A stretch of DNA of 64,000 bases from positions 2,752,001-2,816,000 of the forward strand of contig OX638351.1 of NCBI GenBank assembly GCA_951813565.1. Reading direction: 5' to 3'. A program made the translations under genes and the position numbers. Positions within the stretch are counted from its first letter, which is position 1. Each line of letters opens with the position of its first letter. The notes beneath the pieces are model-generated. The model did no database searches. It was not told the origin of the DNA and saw nothing but the letters and a program-made list of their open reading frames with translations. The stretch is from an uncultured Poribacteria bacterium (GTDB lineage: Bacteria > Poribacteria > WGA-4E > WGA-3G). Shown here one piece after another: positions 59,620 through 64,000 of this stretch.

Positions 59620-60267
59620 TTACTCTTTAGCTTTCGTAACAAAAGTGATACTGACTTCAGCTTCGTTACCGGCACCGTCTTTGACTGTACCAGCGATCTC
59701 ATACTCGGTCTCGTTGCTGAGTTCTTGGCCGGCATTTCCTTGTAGCATGATTTTATTACCATCAGCTGATGATGTCCAACCGACATCGTCATCGCCGTCC
59801 ATTAACATGAGGTCGCCTGTGACAGGTTCGCTGAAGGTAACCTCTATACCATCGTCAAACACATTCGCAGGGTCAACACCTTCAGCACCGTTCTCAGGGC
59901 TGCTGCTTGTGACTTCGGGTGCAGTTTCGTCTGCTGCAACTATGGTATAGTTAAGTGTATGGCTGCCGTCACCGTTTGTCCATTCAATTGTTAGGGCAAG
60001 TGCACCGGGAGTGAAAGGACCTGTGATGTTACGCGACTTACCAGACCCTGCGACTGTACCAGCACTGACTGTTACGTCACCCGGGTTGTTGTCAAATGTG
60101 ACCGAGATACTACCGTTTGCAGCGAGCTCACTGCCGTCTGCGGGCGTAGCACTTTGAAACGCTGCAGCTTCAGGTTCAGGTTCTTCATCGTCTCCACCGC
60201 AACCAACCATGTAAACGGCGAGCAATACTGCGATGACTATTGCCAAGGTTCTAAAAAAAAGTTTCAT
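59620..60267 (-). CDS. Lipoprotein with bacterial Ig-like (Big_5/SbsA-type) domains
   Basis: VGC lipobox; D.TAPEV....P.NGA.GV, I.VTFSEPV, VKD.AGN. Confidence 0.8.
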   Translation of the reverse strand: MKLFFRTLAIVIAVLLAVYMVGCGGDDEEPEPEAAAFQSATPADGSELAANGSISVTFDNNPGDVTVSAGTVAGSGKSRNITGPFTPGALALTIEWTNGDGSHTLNYTIVAADETAPEVTSSSPENGAEGVDPANVFDDGIEVTFSEPVTGDLMLMDGDDDVGWTSSADGNKIMLQGNAGQELSNETEYEIAGTVKDGAGNEAEVSITFVTKAKE

Positions 60268-60768
60268 GAGTAGGTAACTCCTTAATTAAGGTTTATCAGA
60301 ATGTAAGGTACCCGAAAATCGGGCACAAATTAAAAACTTCATATATAGATGGGGTTCCCGTGTCGTTATTTGTTAGTTCCGACGGAAATACCGGAAACTT
60401 ACCATCATGTCCATATTTAGTCAAGTAATTTTCAGACTATTTCGTTTGCCTTCCTCCGTGAAGTTCAGAGGATAGACGATGCTTTGAGAATAGGACTTTC
60501 TGCGGAACTGTAACCTTATTAACACCATTGGATAGGTAATTTTCAGTTCCGAAAGCCAACGCCCAAACTCTATACCTTTAAGTTTAGCAAAATTTGCAAA
60601 ATCTGTAAAGGTAAAAATCGATTTTCGCCAACTATTATACAAAATTCTGCTTATTTTGTAAAGCGAAAATTAAAATTTTTAATAAATTTTCTATAGATTA
60701 TCATAAATTAATACATTTTTCAAGTAAAATAACACATATTCGTTAAATTTTCTGAAATTTGAAAATAT

Positions 60769-61746
60769 TTAACTTTCTTGATGTTCAAACAGTCCCATCT
60801 GTTCAATTGAAGTTCCGATAATATGATTCTGAAGCCGTTCAGGATGCATTAATATATCAATAACGTTATCAAGTTGATCTGGTAAGAAAGACAAAGCGCC
60901 GGTTCTAATAAGTTGACGTGTTCCCTCGCTATGTTGATTATGTGAATCCCACTGACATGCAAAAAGAGGACGGTCTTGTAGCTGAGCGTATCTTGCAGTG
61001 TGCATTGCCCCTCCCTCTTTAGAGGTTTCAACTACCACCGTAGCTTTAGAAAGTCCGCTGATAATTCGATTGCGTAAAACCAGATTGGCAGGCGTTGGCG
61101 AGGTTGGAAACGGGTGTTCTGAAAAAATACATCCGGTTTCATAAATTTTCATAGCAAGATCGCGGTTTTCAGGCGGGTAGATAGATGATAGATCCGTAGA
61201 TATAACCCCAATAGTTGTTCCGTTTACGCCTAACGCTCCGTAATGTGCATTCGTGTCTATACCGTTGGCAAGTCCACTTACTATGGTAAAACCAGCTTCA
61301 ACTAAGCGGATCGAGAGTTCAAGTGTTACATTAATACCTTCCGCCGTGGGACGTTTGCTCCCTACAATTGCAACGCACTGTTCGTCCACTTCAGATAATT
61401 TGCCGACTTTGCAAAGTACCGTTGGTGCGTCTGGCACTGAATTTAGAAGTGTTGGATATTCAACATCTTCCGGAAAAAGCACCTTTATACCTTGGTTACC
61501 TAATTCATCCAATTTTTGGCGTAATTCGGTAAACTTATTACGTACCGTAAGGATCCGTGATGCTAAGATCGGGTTGAAGTTTGGCAACTGTGCTATCTCA
61601 ACCAGTTCCGCATCAAAAATACGTTCTACACTACCGAAACGCGTTAACAAGCGTTTGAGCCGAACTGCTCCAATTCCTTCAATCGAAGCAAGTGCAAACA
61701 AATATTCCCGATGTCTCTTTTCATCTGTTTCGGTTGAATGCGACAT
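60769..61746 (-). CDS. dprA: DNA-processing protein DprA
   Basis: YP..L....DAP, VAIVGS, IVSGLA.GIDT.AH, RNRIISGLS, GG...TA. Confidence 0.93.
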   Translation of the reverse strand: MSHSTETDEKRHREYLFALASIEGIGAVRLKRLLTRFGSVERIFDAELVEIAQLPNFNPILASRILTVRNKFTELRQKLDELGNQGIKVLFPEDVEYPTLLNSVPDAPTVLCKVGKLSEVDEQCVAIVGSKRPTAEGINVTLELSIRLVEAGFTIVSGLANGIDTNAHYGALGVNGTTIGVISTDLSSIYPPENRDLAMKIYETGCIFSEHPFPTSPTPANLVLRNRIISGLSKATVVVETSKEGGAMHTARYAQLQDRPLFACQWDSHNQHSEGTRQLIRTGALSFLPDQLDNVIDILMHPERLQNHIIGTSIEQMGLFEHQES

Positions 61747-61876
61747 ACCGTCAGCAAATTCTCCAATAATGTTAATTTTAAAGAAATGGTATTACAAAAT
61801 TGAAATTCCAATATCTGAGAATCTAAATCTCTTTCTACAGTTAACCTAAGTGGTTCACTCGCTAAACATTTATTAC

Positions 61877-62034
61877 ATAACCTAAGTTGCTACGGACAAG
61901 ATTTCAAGCTTGTAGACATTGCTTTTTACTGAAAAACAAGGATTTCCAGCTAATTCTTATGCTTTCTTTTCTAAATCGGGGTTAGAAACCCCTCCTACAA
62001 GAGCATTCGCGATATAGGTAGCAACTTGGGTTAT
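61877..62034. mobile_element. MITE-like element with 17-bp TIR enclosing a REP-like palindrome
   Basis: ATAACCTAAGTTGCTAC / GTAGCAACTTGGGTTAT (16/17); no clean TSD. Confidence 0.6.
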
Positions 62035-62374
62035 ATTAATGTAACACATATTGACAAATTTTACAAATGTAAAATGTTGTACATCAGAACCATTTAATTT
62101 TCAGTTTTGAATACAGAAGTGTCAAACAACACTTCAAAGGGTGTTAAAAAGAGGCGCAATGAATTGCGCGACTACAAACACACATACTTTTTAAGATGAT
62201 GCGACTACAAACGGATTGCTACTAATTTAATTTGAACTAAAATCGGCTCTACAAAGTCCTCCTACAAGAAAAGCGACCTGGTTAATGCCAAATATTTACA
62301 CACCAAGAAATCAGTTGACACTTTTGTACTATTTAAGGTATCCTATAAAGATAAGATTAAATCAGGAGACAAAG

Positions 62375-63157
62375 ATGGCAAATCAACCTATAAATATTCT
62401 TGAAGTGCGCGAGTTGAGTCGACACTATGGCGGTGTCATAGCATTGTCGAAAGTTACATTGCAGGTGCGTGCTGGGCAAATTTCCAGTTTGATAGGTCCT
62501 AACGGTGCCGGAAAAACAACACTGTTTAATTGTGCTACCGGATTAGATAAACCTACGCTGGGAAAAGTCAATTTTTTAGGGAAACAAATTACGGGCTTAC
62601 GTCCAGATGAGGTTACTGGACTTGGTGTTGCAAGGACGTTTCAGAATATCAGGCTTTTCACAGAGTTAACGGTCCTGGATAACGTCAAAATCGGTAGACA
62701 CCCGCGCACTTCCAGTACATTTATAGGGGCAGTATTTCGAACTAAGAGACAACAACGAGAAGAGAGGGAAATTAAAGAATACGCCGAGGAGATGCTAAAA
62801 TTTGTCGGATTAGCGGACGTTAGCAACCAAACAGCGGGAAATCTATCCTACGGAGATCAACGACGTATTGAGATCGCCAGAGCTATGGCAACAAAACCTT
62901 TACTTCTTCTCCTTGATGAACCTGCCGCAGGCATGAACCCGCAAGAAACACGAGAACTTATTTCTTTGATCTATACTATCCGCGAACGAGGAATCTCTGT
63001 CCTGCTGATTGAACATGATATGAAAGTGGTGATGCAGATTTCTGATTGGGTAACTGTGTTGGACCATGGCGAGAAAATTAGTGAGGGGCAACCCACAGAC
63101 GTGCAAAACGATGAACGCGTTATCGCAGCATACTTAGGAACATCTGACGATGCTTGA
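62375..63157 (+). CDS. livG: Branched-chain amino acid ABC transporter ATPase
   Basis: GPNGAGKTT, ARTFQNIRLF, LSYG.QRR, LDEPAAG; AGGAG RBS. Confidence 0.92.
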   Translation: MANQPINILEVRELSRHYGGVIALSKVTLQVRAGQISSLIGPNGAGKTTLFNCATGLDKPTLGKVNFLGKQITGLRPDEVTGLGVARTFQNIRLFTELTVLDNVKIGRHPRTSSTFIGAVFRTKRQQREEREIKEYAEEMLKFVGLADVSNQTAGNLSYGDQRRIEIARAMATKPLLLLLDEPAAGMNPQETRELISLIYTIRERGISVLLIEHDMKVVMQISDWVTVLDHGEKISEGQPTDVQNDERVIAAYLGTSDDA

Positions 63158-63854
63158 ACTTAGAGGCATTCACACTTATTATGGAAATATCCGTGCGGTG
63201 CGCGGCATTTCAATTGAAGTCAACGCTGGCGAAAAGGTTTGTATAATCGGTGCAAACGGTGCTGGCAAATCTACTACATTGATGACTATTTCTGGCGTTC
63301 ACACACCAGTAGAAGGAACCGTATATTTTGAAGATGAGGATATCACATCTACTTCTGCGGAGCAGCGTGTTACATTCGGGATTTCGCAAGTGCCTGAAGG
63401 ACGTCTGATTTTTCCGGATATGACTGTGCTGGAAAATCTTGAACTTGGTGCCTACATACGAAACGATACCGCAGGGATTAGATCCGATCTTAACAAAATC
63501 TTTGATTATTTCCCTGTGCTTGCGGAGAGGCGGAGACAGCGAGGCGGCAGCCTGAGCGGTGGTGAACAACAGATGTTAGCAATTGGTCGTTCTCTGATGT
63601 CAAATCCAAGGCTCCTGCTTCTTGACGAACCTTCTTTAGGACTTGCACCGCTTATTGTCAAACAGATTTTTGAAATTATTCAGCAAATTAATGAAGAGGG
63701 TACGACAATTCTATTGGTTGAACAGAATGCACAACTTGCTTTGAATGTAACAAACAGAGGGTATGTGATGGAGACAAGTGAGATTACAATTGAAGGGCCC
63801 TCCGCGGATCTTTTGGCAGACGAACGGGTCCGGCAAGCCTATCTCGGAGAATAA
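63150..63854 (+). CDS. livF: Branched-chain amino acid ABC transporter ATPase
   Basis: GANGAGKST, VPEGR.IF, LSGGEQQMLA, LDEPSLGLAP, VEQNA. Confidence 0.93.
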   Translation: MLELRGIHTYYGNIRAVRGISIEVNAGEKVCIIGANGAGKSTTLMTISGVHTPVEGTVYFEDEDITSTSAEQRVTFGISQVPEGRLIFPDMTVLENLELGAYIRNDTAGIRSDLNKIFDYFPVLAERRRQRGGSLSGGEQQMLAIGRSLMSNPRLLLLDEPSLGLAPLIVKQIFEIIQQINEEGTTILLVEQNAQLALNVTNRGYVMETSEITIEGPSADLLADERVRQAYLGE

Positions 63855-63860
63855 TTGTAG

Positions 63861-64000
63861 ATGTATCCTACCTTAATTGATTTTGGGACAATTTTTTCTA
63901 TTCCCATCGGCATTCATAGCTACGGCGTTATGTTAGCCACTGCCTTCATTACATGTAGCATAATTATACAACGCGAATTAGATAGGAGAGGTTTTCAAGG
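63861..64000 (+). CDS. lgt: Prolipoprotein diacylglyceryl transferase, N-terminal fragment (runs off window)
   Basis: MYPTLIDFG...I.IHSYGVMLA.AF. Confidence 0.75.
   Translation, partial: MYPTLIDFGTIFSIPIGIHSYGVMLATAFITCSIIIQRELDRRGFQ

Noticed and set aside
60769..61746. DprA/SLOG protein as part of a defence system
   Set aside because: It has canonical DprA architecture with no neighbouring effector or PRTase gene.
62138..62304. Second full copy of the 31746-31993 MITE
   Set aside because: The right end CCAAATATTTACACACC matches, but the left end is degenerate and no TSD is found, so it is at most a remnant.

Overview
This is a gene-dense bacterial chromosomal window of roughly 42% GC (estimated by eye). 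It is most likely from Candidatus Poribacteria or a relative. That is an inference from the C-terminal 'VDAKEKLTTQWASVK'-type motif, the TPR-rich lipoproteins, the PhyH/Gfo enzymes and the many GTAG-type palindromic repeats. Housekeeping content: glutaredoxin-sufD-sufB-sufC-moaA, moeB, a histidine kinase with a PorX-like (receiver+PglZ) regulator, rne/rng, rplU-rpmA, guaA, an ECF sigma/anti-sigma pair with a 1568-aa TPR protein, dprA, livGF and partial lgt. The most notable accessory element is a 1.36-kb transposase-less, IS607-like tnpB element (12301-13665). It has intact RuvC motifs and a 5-bp boundary repeat. A compact, almost fully paired kissing-loop/pseudoknot leader RNA sits where tnpA normally would, and the predicted omegaRNA guide runs into the start codon of the neighbouring host gene. 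Other highlights are an unannotated stand-alone CHAT/caspase-fold protein, two tandem (pseudo-protease+TPR+protease+TPR) genes and two unannotated paralogous microproteins. There are also several MITEs with different terminal repeats sharing REP-like cargo, and single-base homopolymer deletions confined to small accessory/TA genes. No rRNA, tRNA or CRISPR array was seen.
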